Part shown: positions 63,975 through 64,000 of the stretch, piece by piece
How the letters are laid out: each line of letters starts with the position of its first letter
How positions within the stretch are numbered: position 1 is the stretch's first letter
Assembly (NCBI GenBank): GCA_965237575.1
Contig: CBDEGI010000004.1
Span: forward strand, 2,953,746 to 3,017,745
Source: Bryobacterales bacterium
GTDB lineage: Bacteria > Acidobacteriota > Terriglobia > Bryobacterales > UBA6623
Direction of reading: 5' to 3'
DNA length: 64,000 nucleotides
The notes under the pieces: model-generated
Told to the model about the DNA's origin: nothing
What the model saw: the letters and a program-made list of their open reading frames with translations, nothing else
Databases searched by the model: none
Program-made: the position numbers and the translations under genes

Positions 63975-64000
63975 GCGGCAGAGGGTGGCGTAGGCTTCCA

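Overview
GC-rich bacterial window, most likely Acidobacteriota (Bryobacterales-like). This assignment is inferred from gene content: DUF1592/DUF1552 pair, Ser/Thr kinase-TolB-TPR, PQQ-propeller and BNR/sialidase proteins, stand-alone ClpB-D2 ATPase. It holds one core block on the minus strand (tRNA-Thr/Gly/Thr/Tyr, tuf, rpmG, tRNA-Trp, secE, nusG, rplK, rplA, rplJ, rplL), which is not followed by rpoB, plus korAB. The rest is accessory catabolic and secreted-enzyme genes, many decaying by frameshift, nonsense, deletion or insertion between about 7 and 40 kb. The strongest unannotated signal is a MITE family with two copies (11951-12206 and 21874-22149). They share a 25-bp terminal inverted repeat, have 7-8 bp target duplications and have unrelated interiors. 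All four ends carry a 16-bp NrdR-box-like motif at the same offset, in one case overlapping a TTGACT-N17-TAGTAT promoter. Also notable: a highly structured ~300-nt non-coding segment downstream of rplL, a permuted tRNA order upstream of tuf, a NusG with a ~170-aa acidic extension, and a sigma54 module with tandem exported cysteine hydrolases. All calls come from reading the sequence by eye; no database searches were run.
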